Shown piece after piece: positions 27,914 through 35,529 of a stretch of 35,529 nucleotides of DNA. The stretch is from a virus (taxonomy: Duplodnaviria > Caudoviricetes), in IMG/VR virus record IMGVR_UViG_3300011339_000471, positions 1-35,529 of that record, one strand, 5' to 3'. The notes below the pieces were generated by a model. It was not told where the DNA came from, searched no databases, and was given only the letters and a program-made list of their open reading frames with translations. Every line of letters begins with the position of its first letter. Positions within the stretch are counted from its first letter, which is position 1. Position numbers and translations under genes: made by a program.

Positions 27914-28632
27914 AAGGCTGGAAAAAATGGATGGCTGTTGGATGCTCGCATGGCGATCAAATAGACCCAGAGGCTCGCAAGGCCGTTCTCGTGTTCAAAG
28001 ATCGCTGGAAGCCGGACACGACAATCCATCTTGGAGACTTCCTTGATCTCGCGGCCTTCCGATCTGGTGCTATTTCAGACCCGAACTCAAGCGACCGCGC
28101 AGCGAGTATCAGCGACGATCTCAGCGCCGGCATTGACTTCCTGCACGAACTCAGACCGCAACACATTCTCTACGGCAACCACGAAGCCAGACTTTACAAG
28201 CTCGCGTCTTCACCCAACGCGCTTGCGGCGCACGCCGCAACGCTAACCATCCAAGCCATTGAAAAGACCGCAAAGGAACTCAAAGCGAAATTATACCCGT
28301 ATCACATTCGTAGCTTTTACGAACTCGGCGGAACCAAATTCTTGCACGGCTATATGTATAACGTGCAAGCGATCCGCGATCATGCGGAGACATATGGCCA
28401 ATGCGTATTGGCGCACCTTCACCGCGTAGGCTGGGAACGCGCTAGAACGCTTGATGGGCCTAGCGGCTATTGCGTCGGGATGCTAGCTCGTTTTGATATG
28501 GAATATGCGAGCACACGCAGAGCAACCTTTGGATGGTCGCAGGGGTTCGCATTTGGCTATTACAAAGACAACTCGATAAACATAAATCTATGCGAAAGAC
28601 GACAAAACAACCCTTGGCTATTGCCGATGTAA
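27910..28632 (+). CDS. Calcineurin-like metallophosphoesterase
   Basis: GCSHGD, HLGDFLD, GNHE, FLHG and AHLHR motifs. Confidence 0.85.
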   Translation: MKGWKKWMAVGCSHGDQIDPEARKAVLVFKDRWKPDTTIHLGDFLDLAAFRSGAISDPNSSDRAASISDDLSAGIDFLHELRPQHILYGNHEARLYKLASSPNALAAHAATLTIQAIEKTAKELKAKLYPYHIRSFYELGGTKFLHGYMYNVQAIRDHAETYGQCVLAHLHRVGWERARTLDGPSGYCVGMLARFDMEYASTRRATFGWSQGFAFGYYKDNSININLCERRQNNPWLLPM

Positions 28633-28868
28633 ATAAAGCCTGGGACGCTTTCTACGAGACGACCAAAGTCGAAAGTGAAAAAGACCTAGCCAAGCAAGGC
28701 TGGAAGACCATCCGCGCTATTGCGAACGAGTCAAAGTTGACCGTCGCATCAATTTCTTGCCGAGTTGAAACTGCCATTGGGAAAGGGATACTCGAAACAA
28801 AAAAGGCAACGATACAGACGAACCAAGGCGCTCGCGAGGTAAATTTATACCGACCGATCTCAAAATAA
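28590..28868 (+). CDS. Winged-helix-like DNA-binding protein
   Basis: GWKTIRAIANESKLTVASISCRV...GILE...LYRP; ATG at 28590. Confidence 0.55.
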   Translation: MRKTTKQPLAIADVNKAWDAFYETTKVESEKDLAKQGWKTIRAIANESKLTVASISCRVETAIGKGILETKKATIQTNQGAREVNLYRPISK

Positions 28869-28957
28869 AAAAGCCCGCAGAAGCGCACAGGCATTGGTTG
28901 CGCTCATTTGTAAAGACTTTTCTCAAGAATTATTTTTGCACTTCGCGAAAATTTTTC

Positions 28958-28986
28958 TTTTCATCTTTTCGCAGATGAAAGAATGT
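28958..28986 (+). promoter_or_regulatory. Putative early promoter P2 (TTTTCA-N17-GAATGT)
   Basis: Lies at the boundary between late and early modules; same architecture as 2759-2787. Confidence 0.5.
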
Positions 28987-28991
28987 TTGCC

Positions 28992-29023
28992 CATCGAACG
29001 GGACGAACCCGAACGAAAGAAAC
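28992..29023 (+). promoter_or_regulatory. Conserved structured 5' leader, copy 2
   Basis: TCG-AA-CGGG-ACGAA-CCCG-AA-CGA; stem covaries with copy 1. Confidence 0.55.
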
Positions 29024-29036
29024 AAAAACTAAATAT

Positions 29037-29189
29037 ATGGACCCACTCACATTTCTCGCCCTCTTCGCCACCTGCATGATCTGCTCGTTCATCGGTGGAT
29101 ACCTAATAGGCAGTATAAAATCCACCTGCGATGCCGAACAAACTCGCAGATGGTGGATGAACCGTCAGATCAAACGGGAGCGCCGGTAA
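29037..29189 (+). CDS. Small single-pass membrane protein
   Basis: MDPLTFLALFATCMICSFIGGYLIG followed by a basic tail; A-rich start region. Confidence 0.65.
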   Translation: MDPLTFLALFATCMICSFIGGYLIGSIKSTCDAEQTRRWWMNRQIKRERR

Positions 29190-29500
29190 TGACAGAAGCG
29201 GAATTACATGACGCGGAATGCCAATTCACCCGCGCATTACTGTGCGGGATGATACAGCAGGCCGTTGCTGACCTTCAAAGCGAGAAGGTCTTTCAGACTA
29301 AACAGCTAAATGAGGCTCAAGAACTCGACAGGGAGTCGGCAATTCATTTCATCAAAAGCAAAGCATTTCAAGGCATCTGTGACGTTCTCGCACTCCCAGC
29401 CGACAAGATCAAAACTAGAGCACTAAAAAATGATATTAGCACTCGATCCAGGAACGACGCACAGCGCGTTCGTACAATTCGACCACGGAAAGATAGTTGA
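29189..29500 (+). CDS. Hypothetical protein
   Basis: TAATG-coupled start; helical (ALLCGMIQQAVADL...FQGICDVL). Confidence 0.65.
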   Translation: MTEAELHDAECQFTRALLCGMIQQAVADLQSEKVFQTKQLNEAQELDRESAIHFIKSKAFQGICDVLALPADKIKTRALKNDISTRSRNDAQRVRTIRPRKDS

Positions 29501-29867
29501 CCACGGTCACCTACCGAATGCCGAGATCCGACAGGTTCTTATCGGTCGCGAATACGACCGAGTTGCTTGTGAAATGATCGCCAGCTACGGCATGGCAGTA
29601 GGAGCGAGCACATTCGAGACGTGTCTCTGGATCGGGCGCTTCATCGAAGTTGCACGGGTGGACGTGGAACTTATCTTTCGTAAGGACATTAAAATTTTCC
29701 TATGCGGCACGATGCGAGCAAAAGACGCCAACGTGCGTCAGGCATTGCTCGATCTCATCGGGCCGCAGGGAACAAAGGCCCAGCCGGGGCCAACATACGG
29801 CATCAAATCCCATTCATGGGCGGCATTAGCTGTGGCCGTATTCGCAGCACAACAAAAAAGAAAATAG
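29430..29867 (+). CDS. RuvC-like Holliday junction resolvase
   Basis: MILALDPGTT, VACE, KDANVR and WAALAVA RNase H-fold motifs. Confidence 0.8.
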   Translation: MILALDPGTTHSAFVQFDHGKIVDHGHLPNAEIRQVLIGREYDRVACEMIASYGMAVGASTFETCLWIGRFIEVARVDVELIFRKDIKIFLCGTMRAKDANVRQALLDLIGPQGTKAQPGPTYGIKSHSWAALAVAVFAAQQKRK

Positions 29868-29870
29868 AAA

Positions 29871-30800
29871 ATGAAAATAACAAAAGGAAAACAAACACGC
29901 GCCCAGCGCGTAGTCATCTACGGAGTCGAATCCGTAGGCAAATCAACATTCGCGGCCAAATTCCCAAAGCCGCTGTTCTTGGACATCGAGGGCGGCACGA
30001 GCCACCTGGATGTGGATCGTTGCGAGATCAGCACGTGGAAGCAGTTAACCGATGCGTTAACTGAGGCCAAAGCGACCGACTACAAGACCATCGTCATCGA
30101 CAGCGCCGACTGGGCCGAACGCCTGTGCGTTGAAGACCTACTCGCTAGCACCAAAAAGACCAGCATCGAAGACTTTGGCTTCGGGAAGGGATGGGTGATG
30201 GTCGCAGAGCGCATGAGCCGGTTCTTGTCATCTGTCGATCAGTTGATTGACGCCGGCAAGAACGTGGTGATGATCGCTCACTCCAAGATCGTCCGCTTTG
30301 AAGCGCCTGACGCCTTGGCAGCATATGACCGATATGAGTTGAAACTAAGCAAACAATCGGCGCCGTTGCTTAAAGAGTTTGCGGATGAACTTTGGTTCCT
30401 ACGGTTTAAGACTAAGGTAAGCACTACCGACAGCGGCAAAGGAAAAGGCATCGGAGGCAAAGAGCGTATATTGCTCACAACGCACAGCGCCGCCTACGAT
30501 GCAAAGACCCGCAGCGGCCTTGCGGAAGAACTCCCGCTCGAATGGGCATCGGTCGCGCATTTATTTGAAGCCGTTGCAACTAAACAGCCCGATCATATCG
30601 TTGACGCCGACGAAATGGTCGGATGGCAGGCCCGACTTGCAGAACATGAAGGCGCGGTGAATCAGTTCCTCATTGGGCGTGGAGTGCTAACAAGCGAACA
30701 GACTTGGCGCGACTGCGCGCCGGAATACCTGCATCGCGTTGCGCTTCGCGTCGATCAGTTCGTGAATACGGCGATCGAGTGGAGGAAGGCGAACTCGTGA
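29871..30800 (+). CDS. Sak4-like AAA ATPase (ssDNA annealing)
   Basis: GVESVGKST Walker A, FLDIEGG, TIVIDSADW, IAH and AKTR motifs. Confidence 0.85.
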   Translation: MKITKGKQTRAQRVVIYGVESVGKSTFAAKFPKPLFLDIEGGTSHLDVDRCEISTWKQLTDALTEAKATDYKTIVIDSADWAERLCVEDLLASTKKTSIEDFGFGKGWVMVAERMSRFLSSVDQLIDAGKNVVMIAHSKIVRFEAPDALAAYDRYELKLSKQSAPLLKEFADELWFLRFKTKVSTTDSGKGKGIGGKERILLTTHSAAYDAKTRSGLAEELPLEWASVAHLFEAVATKQPDHIVDADEMVGWQARLAEHEGAVNQFLIGRGVLTSEQTWRDCAPEYLHRVALRVDQFVNTAIEWRKANS

Positions 30801-30854
30801 CAAATACTACCCATTATTTGCAACGGCACTTATACCTTAAACAATTAAAATAAA

Positions 30855-31868
30855 ATGAGTAAAGAAATATCACCTTCAACGCTTCCTAAACTCGCCGAGT
30901 GCGCTCTCTTCGAGGGCGCAAACGGCACAAGCTCGGCAGCGGAGCGCGGCACGGCAGTCGATCTTGCGATCCGTAACCTAGTAGCAGGGAATGAACTTGA
31001 GCCGATGGCCGATGTCGTCGGGTTTGACTTCAGCCCCATCGCCTTTGGAGTCAAGCAACTCAAGCGACTTGCGCGGAATTCGTTTATCGAAACGCGAGAA
31101 GAGTATCTCGCAATGGCAGTGCCTGGGCTATCGAAATTAGGAACAGCGGACGCAGTCTGCAAAGATCAAAAATGGGTCGCCGACATAAAAACAGGACAGG
31201 TCAGAAATTACAGAAATCAGTTGATGGCATACTCATTAGCTTGCATGGAGGATAACTTTGAAACGTCTTGGACGGCTCATGTTATCTACGTCGATCAAAA
31301 GCTCATTCGTAGTTATGATTTTACATACGAAGAAGCCAAACAAGGCACGCAGCGAGTTATCGACCGCGCAACAAGCGCGGAGGCGAAGCCGACGCCGTGT
31401 GAGTATTGTAGCTGGTGCAAGCACTACAATAATTGCAACGCTATCGTGCGACAGGCTGAGAGCGCAATCGCTCTTATCCCAGAGGCAACCGGTAACAGCA
31501 TCGAGGCGATCAAAGAGCGCATCCTTGCAACGCAAGAATCGTTTGGATCTTTCATTCGCGAATGGAAGCTGGCAGAAAAGGAGATCGCGGAGCCGCTACT
31601 CGGTCACCTCAAAACACGTCTCGAAAACGGGGACGAGGTTGCCGGCTGGAAACTCACAAGCGTAAGCGGAAGGAAGTTTGTGGAAGCTGACGCTATTGCT
31701 AAAGCATCCGAAGGTATCACGAAAGAGACACTAATTCTCGCGATGGGTGGTAAGCTATCGGAAAAGAGTTATATCGAGCTTTGCGCCAATAACGGCGTAG
31801 AGCCAGATACAACGGCGATAAAGGCCGGAGCGCCAACAACACAACTTAGACAGACTAAGATCAAATAA
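30855..31868 (+). CDS. Cas4-like PD-(D/E)XK exonuclease (DUF2800-like)
   Basis: GTADAV, ADIKTG, QLMAY and CEYCSWC...C motifs. Confidence 0.82.
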   Translation: MSKEISPSTLPKLAECALFEGANGTSSAAERGTAVDLAIRNLVAGNELEPMADVVGFDFSPIAFGVKQLKRLARNSFIETREEYLAMAVPGLSKLGTADAVCKDQKWVADIKTGQVRNYRNQLMAYSLACMEDNFETSWTAHVIYVDQKLIRSYDFTYEEAKQGTQRVIDRATSAEAKPTPCEYCSWCKHYNNCNAIVRQAESAIALIPEATGNSIEAIKERILATQESFGSFIREWKLAEKEIAEPLLGHLKTRLENGDEVAGWKLTSVSGRKFVEADAIAKASEGITKETLILAMGGKLSEKSYIELCANNGVEPDTTAIKAGAPTTQLRQTKIK

Positions 31869-31871
31869 TTT

Positions 31872-31946
31872 CCTCGCCAACCTACAAAGGTCAGTCCCGT
31901 AGGTGCAGGGGCAAAAGGGGGCTGCGCATCCTAAAAAACGCTGACC
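31872..31946 (+). ncRNA. Putative pseudoknotted leader upstream of the SSB gene
   Basis: ACCTAC/GTAGGT stem whose loop GGTCAG pairs with downstream CTGACC. Confidence 0.5.
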
Positions 31947-31972
31947 AACAACAACAAAAATAGAAAATACAA

Positions 31973-32479
31973 ATGCCAACATATAAAGCATCAGAACCAA
32001 AGCAGGCCGCGATTTATTTCGTCGAGCCTGGAACCTACGAAGTCGAGATCGTCAAGGCCGTCGAGAAGACAAGCCAAGCCGGAAACCCGACGATCAAGCT
32101 CGACGTCGCCGTCATTCTTGAAAGCGGAATTGAAGGGCCGAAAATGTGGGAGCATCTCACGTTCACGCCCAAGGCTGCGTGGAAAGTTGACCAAGTGCTA
32201 TCCAGCATCGGTCGGGCTGTCATCCCAGGCGAAGACGTAACAGTCGAAGCGGAAGACCTAATTGGTGAAAGGGGAGTTTGCGTCGTCGGCGTAGAGCCGG
32301 GGCAGACCAACCCAGACCATCAGTTCAACTGCATCGAGCGGTGGTTGTTCGGTGACGAGAAAACAAAATGGCTCGGCAACCGTCGCAAGCCCGCGGCCAA
32401 GACAGACAAGCACATCGTTGCAAAAAGCAACGGATACGTTGCTCAACCCGCCGACGAAACCGACGACATTCCGTTCTAA
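31973..32479 (+). CDS. DUF669-like single-stranded DNA-binding protein
   Basis: EPGTYEVEIV...SQAGNPTIKL N-terminus; acidic DDIPF C-terminus. Confidence 0.82.
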   Translation: MPTYKASEPKQAAIYFVEPGTYEVEIVKAVEKTSQAGNPTIKLDVAVILESGIEGPKMWEHLTFTPKAAWKVDQVLSSIGRAVIPGEDVTVEAEDLIGERGVCVVGVEPGQTNPDHQFNCIERWLFGDEKTKWLGNRRKPAAKTDKHIVAKSNGYVAQPADETDDIPF

Positions 32480-32482
32480 ACA

Positions 32483-32692
32483 ATGAATGGAACTCTCTCA
32501 CTCCGGCTGTGTATCTGTATGAACGAATGCCCTGTTGGCTTACGTCTCGAAAGGGGCGATCCCCTGCCAGTTTACCAGCATACATATGACGACACACCGG
32601 AGGGGAGAGCACTCGCGGAAACCCACCTAGAAAGAATCTCAGATTATGTTCGACGGCATCACAAAACTACTAAATCTCACAAGACTTGTTAA
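32483..32692 (+). CDS. Hypothetical protein
   Basis: ATG 3 nt after the SSB stop. Confidence 0.55.
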   Translation: MNGTLSLRLCICMNECPVGLRLERGDPLPVYQHTYDDTPEGRALAETHLERISDYVRRHHKTTKSHKTC

Positions 32693-32825
32693 AGAACAGA
32701 TGGCTGATCTTGAATTACTAGTTGAATTATTAAACATTCGCATCGAGTCGCTCACAGAAGAGAACGACCGACTCATAAAAGAAAACAAGGCGCTCCGCCA
32801 ATTTCTCTCAGGTCAAGATGAATAA
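32646..32825 (+). CDS. Small coiled-coil protein (59 aa)
   Basis: Translated by hand: MFDGITKLLNLTRLVKEQMADLELLVELLNIRIESLTEENDRLIKENKALRQFLSGQDE; alternative start at 32700. Confidence 0.55.
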   Translation: MFDGITKLLNLTRLVKEQMADLELLVELLNIRIESLTEENDRLIKENKALRQFLSGQDE

Positions 32826-33009
32826 CCAAATGCAATGGCGCGGGTATCCGCTCCGCTGTTGGCCTAATCACCAAGACGACTGCTATCGATGGGATTGGGA
32901 GATCCAGATCGACGGAAAGTGGGTTGAGGTTGTTACTCAAGCCACGCGGTGGATCGAAGAAGAGGCTGAGGAGACACTTAGACATTACTTGACAAGGCTG
33001 AAATCTTAG
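32818..33009 (+). CDS. Hypothetical Trp-rich protein
   Basis: 63-aa ORF overlapping the previous gene. Confidence 0.6.
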   Translation: MNNQMQWRGYPLRCWPNHQDDCYRWDWEIQIDGKWVEVVTQATRWIEEEAEETLRHYLTRLKS

Positions 33010-33017
33010 ACTAAATT
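32989..33017 (+). promoter_or_regulatory. Sigma70-type promoter TTGACA-N17-TAAATT
   Basis: Perfect -35, canonical spacing, 4/6 match at -10; directly upstream of a structured leader. Confidence 0.65.
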
Positions 33018-33022
33018 CAACG

Positions 33023-33132
33023 CGGCTGTGAGAAGCCGTTCAATACAGCAAATGAAACCAACTTTTTCCCGCAATACATCCATCCGGCTCGCTGTTAAGC
33101 CTATTCTCACATGGTTGTATTGCGGGATTTTT
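33023..33132 (+). ncRNA. Structured leader/attenuator with loop-bulge pairing
   Basis: Hairpin CGGCT-gtgaga-AGCCG; 12-bp stem TCCCGCAATACA/TGTATTGCGGGA followed by Ts; TGTGAGAA complementary to TTCTCACA. Confidence 0.6.
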
Positions 33133-33138
33133 AGATGA
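33052..33138 (+). CDS. Putative leader peptide (28 aa, MKPTFSRNTSIRLAVKPILTWLYCGIFR)
   Basis: Spans the long stem; stop overlaps the ATG of the next gene (ATGA). Confidence 0.45.
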   Translation: MKPTFSRNTSIRLAVKPILTWLYCGIFR

Positions 33139-34040
33139 AAGAATATAATATGAAAACACATTGGGTCGCGGATATGTATCCGCTAAACGAAACGGATGTT
33201 TCGGCATTGGCTGAAGACATCAAAACAAACGGGCAGATCGCTCCAATCAAGATGCTGAAAGATGGTCGCATTATTGATGGTCGCAATCGCTGGATGGCTT
33301 GTCAGAAGGCAGGAGTTGACCCGCTTATTGATATTATCAATCCAGACGGGGAAGAAGTCACAGACGAGAAGCTCTTCGCATTGGCGACATCCTGCAACTC
33401 CATGCGAAGAGACCTGACAACAAGCGAGCGCGCTGTGGCTTCGGCTGTTGCCTGGAAGCGGTTGTTTCCAGAGGGTGCGCCTGGCAAAGGTGCAAGAAAT
33501 GACATTCAACCTAAGTCCAAAAATGGACTTACGTTCGAAGACTTCGCAAGCCAATCCTTCAAGGTTGGAAAGAGCTACGCAAAGCAAGCACTCGCCATCG
33601 CTAACTACTCGCCTGAGTTGCTGGAGGCCGCGAAGGAATCTTTGGATGGAGCTTACAAAACCTACCAATCCGAGAAGCTCAAACGCGAAGATGACAAAAG
33701 AAACCGACAGCTTCTTGTTGATCATCCAGACCTAAAGGAACGTGTCGCAAATGGAAATCTATCCGCTGAAGAAGCGATCACAATCGCCAGAAAGCGAGAC
33801 GCTGAAATTATTGCAAAAGAGGAATCACTCAAGCAACAAAAGGCGTTTATCGCTCAAGGATTCAATCGCACGATAGAACTATTTCATGGCCTACTAAACT
33901 GGGAGTCAAATGATATCCTTGAGGCCATAGAAAATGAGACGATAGCAAATGCTGCGTCCCAACCAAAGCACGAAGGAGAATCCCTTCTTCTTGCAATCAA
34001 AACAATGACAGAAATACACAACAGGAAATACTCAAAATGA
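33135..34040 (+). CDS. ParB/Srx N-terminal domain protein with HTH
   Basis: LAEDIKTNGQIAPI, IIDGRNRWMAC and NSMRRDLTTSERA motifs. Confidence 0.8.
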   Translation: MKEYNMKTHWVADMYPLNETDVSALAEDIKTNGQIAPIKMLKDGRIIDGRNRWMACQKAGVDPLIDIINPDGEEVTDEKLFALATSCNSMRRDLTTSERAVASAVAWKRLFPEGAPGKGARNDIQPKSKNGLTFEDFASQSFKVGKSYAKQALAIANYSPELLEAAKESLDGAYKTYQSEKLKREDDKRNRQLLVDHPDLKERVANGNLSAEEAITIARKRDAEIIAKEESLKQQKAFIAQGFNRTIELFHGLLNWESNDILEAIENETIANAASQPKHEGESLLLAIKTMTEIHNRKYSK

Positions 34041-34579
34041 TAGACATAAATAACGAGACAGATGAAATCCTAGAAGAAATCATTCTTCCCGGAAAACTAA
34101 ATGACAAGCTGAAAAGCATTGTATCAAACGACAATCAATCCTTATCAAAGTCATTCGATCCAGATGAGCAATGTGAGCGTTTATGCCAAAATCACTTCCA
34201 TGATATTGTGCAGCACCCAGAGTTCAGCGTTATTGCTGTTCAAAAGCTAATCCGTCAAGCATCTGGACAAATCGCACGCAGTGGAGTTGCCTTACTTCTT
34301 GATTCAATGAATCACGAGTCAGGTCAATTTCAGTTAATAGTTGAAGCTGGCCTTACAATAAAAATTGATTCCAATCAATATGTTCCCCTTGCCGTAGCTA
34401 CATCGACGCACCTTAATGAATGCGCCTCAAGGATAGAGCAATCAGCAGAGCTTAAAGTAAGTCAAGCCGCTCGTGTCCGAACATTAGTAAACACGATCAC
34501 CGATAGGATGAACTCCGCCGGAGTTAGTTTCTTCGGTGATCTTGCAACAGATGGCGAAATTAAATTTTCGCTCCAATAA
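34037..34579 (+). CDS. Hypothetical protein
   Basis: ATGA-coupled to the ParB-like gene; AT-richer DNA. Confidence 0.7.
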   Translation: MIDINNETDEILEEIILPGKLNDKLKSIVSNDNQSLSKSFDPDEQCERLCQNHFHDIVQHPEFSVIAVQKLIRQASGQIARSGVALLLDSMNHESGQFQLIVEAGLTIKIDSNQYVPLAVATSTHLNECASRIEQSAELKVSQAARVRTLVNTITDRMNSAGVSFFGDLATDGEIKFSLQ

Positions 34580-34874
34580 AGACAGGGAACTGCCTGCGTG
34601 GGGAAACCTACGCAGGCAAGTTCACGCAAGGTCTAACGGTTGTTGTGAGTTTTGCGGAAAGCCACTTGGATTTAGCCAATACTTTGAAACGCACCATCGT
34701 TGGTATCCTAACATTGACTCAGAAAAAAACCTTATGGTTGTCCATAGACTTTGCCACAAAGCAATTCATTTCGGAGGAAAGATAAGCGCAATAAAGGGTT
34801 CTCTTGCATCATCTGGTGACACAGGAGTTGGCGCAACGAAGCAATGGAAATTATTTTTAGACAACACGCCATGA
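34551..34874 (+). CDS. HNH endonuclease
   Basis: CEFCG...THHRWY...NLMVVHRLCHKAIH. Confidence 0.8.
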   Translation: MAKLNFRSNKDRELPAWGNLRRQVHARSNGCCEFCGKPLGFSQYFETHHRWYPNIDSEKNLMVVHRLCHKAIHFGGKISAIKGSLASSGDTGVGATKQWKLFLDNTP

Positions 34875-35236
34875 TCCTCTCACCCGACTTCTGCGATCAT
34901 TACAAGACGAAGATCCTGCTACGCCTAGCTGGTCACGCAGGGGTATTTTCACTTCTCAAATTGTGGTCGCAATGCCAATTTCGCAAATGCGAGCGTATCG
35001 AAAAGCCAGCCGCAATAGTCGCAGCTATTGCCGACTGGACAGGTGACCCGATGCAACTTGAAAATGCGTTGATCGAAAGCGGCTATGCAAGGCGCGAAGG
35101 CGATGCGTTTATTCTTCACCAATGGCAAGATCAAAACAAGCGTTTATTCTCGAATTACAAAAATGGGAAGAAAGGCGGAAGACCTAAAAATGACGTTCAA
35201 AAGCCTGCAAAAAAGCCGGTCGGAATGCGTCTGTAA
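34871..35236 (+). CDS. Replication initiator-like protein (N-terminal wHTH domain only)
   Basis: PDFCDHYKT...LLKLW...ALIESGY...HQWQDQN...NGKKGGRP; followed by iterons and a helicase gene. Confidence 0.7.
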   Translation: MILSPDFCDHYKTKILLRLAGHAGVFSLLKLWSQCQFRKCERIEKPAAIVAAIADWTGDPMQLENALIESGYARREGDAFILHQWQDQNKRLFSNYKNGKKGGRPKNDVQKPAKKPVGMRL

Positions 35237-35238
35237 AT

Positions 35239-35300
35239 AACCCAACAATAACCCAACGATAACCCAAATGAAACCCAACCGTAACCTAACACAAACCATA
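35239..35300 (+). repeat. Iteron-like array: six AACC(C)AA units with 11-bp period (putative origin)
   Basis: Units start at 35239, 35250, 35261, 35272, 35283 and 35294; the last two are degenerate. Confidence 0.8.
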
Positions 35301-35308
35301 GGTGGTCT

Positions 35309-35382
35309 AGATAGATAGAATATCTATCTATTATCATAGATAGATAGGCTTCGCCTCTCTCGCTTAAGGCGAGAGGCGAAGC
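35309..35382. repeat. TAGA/TCTA inverted repeats and a 12-bp GC-rich inverted repeat
   Basis: AGATAGATAG..TATCTATCTA..ATAGATAGATAG; GCTTCGCCTCTC/GAGAGGCGAAGC at 35348-35382. Confidence 0.75.
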
Positions 35383-35410
35383 ATCTAGGGGGAACAAAAG
35401 AAAGGAAAAG

Positions 35411-35529
35411 ATGGCAATTTTAAAACGAGAAGAATCAGCAACAAGGTCGGCAGTCCCGACAGCGCCGAGTGCGGAGAAAGCGGCGATCTCGATCCTACTC
35501 CAAAACTACGAAGTGCTCGACGCCGCGAA
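35411..35529 (+). CDS. dnaB: DnaB-like replicative helicase, N-terminus (partial, runs off window)
   Basis: MAILKREESATRSAVPTAPSAEKAAISILLQN resembles the DnaB N-terminal P....AE..vl..ll motif; purine-rich RBS; follows initiator and origin. Confidence 0.6.
   Translation, partial: MAILKREESATRSAVPTAPSAEKAAISILLQNYEVLDAA

Noticed and set aside
30855-31868. Cas4-like nuclease as evidence of a CRISPR system
   Set aside because: No repeat-spacer array or other cas genes; it sits in a standard Sak4/SSB recombination module.
35239-35300. Short repeats as a mini CRISPR array
   Set aside because: The 11-bp period leaves no spacers; position next to initiator and helicase fits iterons.
1-35529. Alternative genetic code or prophage boundaries
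   Set aside because: Genes are intact and densely packed under the standard code, with all three stop codons used; no integrase, att site or host genes are visible in the window.

Overview
The window holds most of a tailed dsDNA phage genome (lambda-like packaging and head genes, non-contractile tail), with essentially all genes on the + strand. The order is: TerS, GpA-type TerL, gpW, portal, accessory virion genes, protease/scaffold, decoration protein, major capsid, a three-glycosyltransferase cluster, head-tail and fibre/adhesin genes, tail tube, frameshifted tail chaperone, tape measure, Cys-rich tail-tip genes, lysis cassette, metallophosphoesterase, recombination module (RuvC-like, Sak4-like ATPase, Cas4-like nuclease, SSB), a ParB-like/HNH cassette, a short replication initiator with an iteron array, and the start of a DnaB-like helicase cut by the window end. 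No integrase, repressor, tRNA or CRISPR array is visible. Autotransporter-type beta-strand repeats, A-rich start regions mostly without a Shine-Dalgarno sequence and a lipoprotein in the lysis cassette suggest a diderm host, possibly PVC superphylum/Verrucomicrobia (inference). The most notable signals are: (1) a TTGACR motif only 19-24 nt before eight late-gene start codons; (2) a probable virion-glycosylation locus; (3) two matching promoter+leader units with a covarying RNA hairpin; (4) a pseudoknotted attenuator/leader-peptide element; (5) a pseudoknot before the SSB gene; (6) a -1 frameshift that the ORF track missed. All functional calls come from motif recognition and synteny; no database searches were run.
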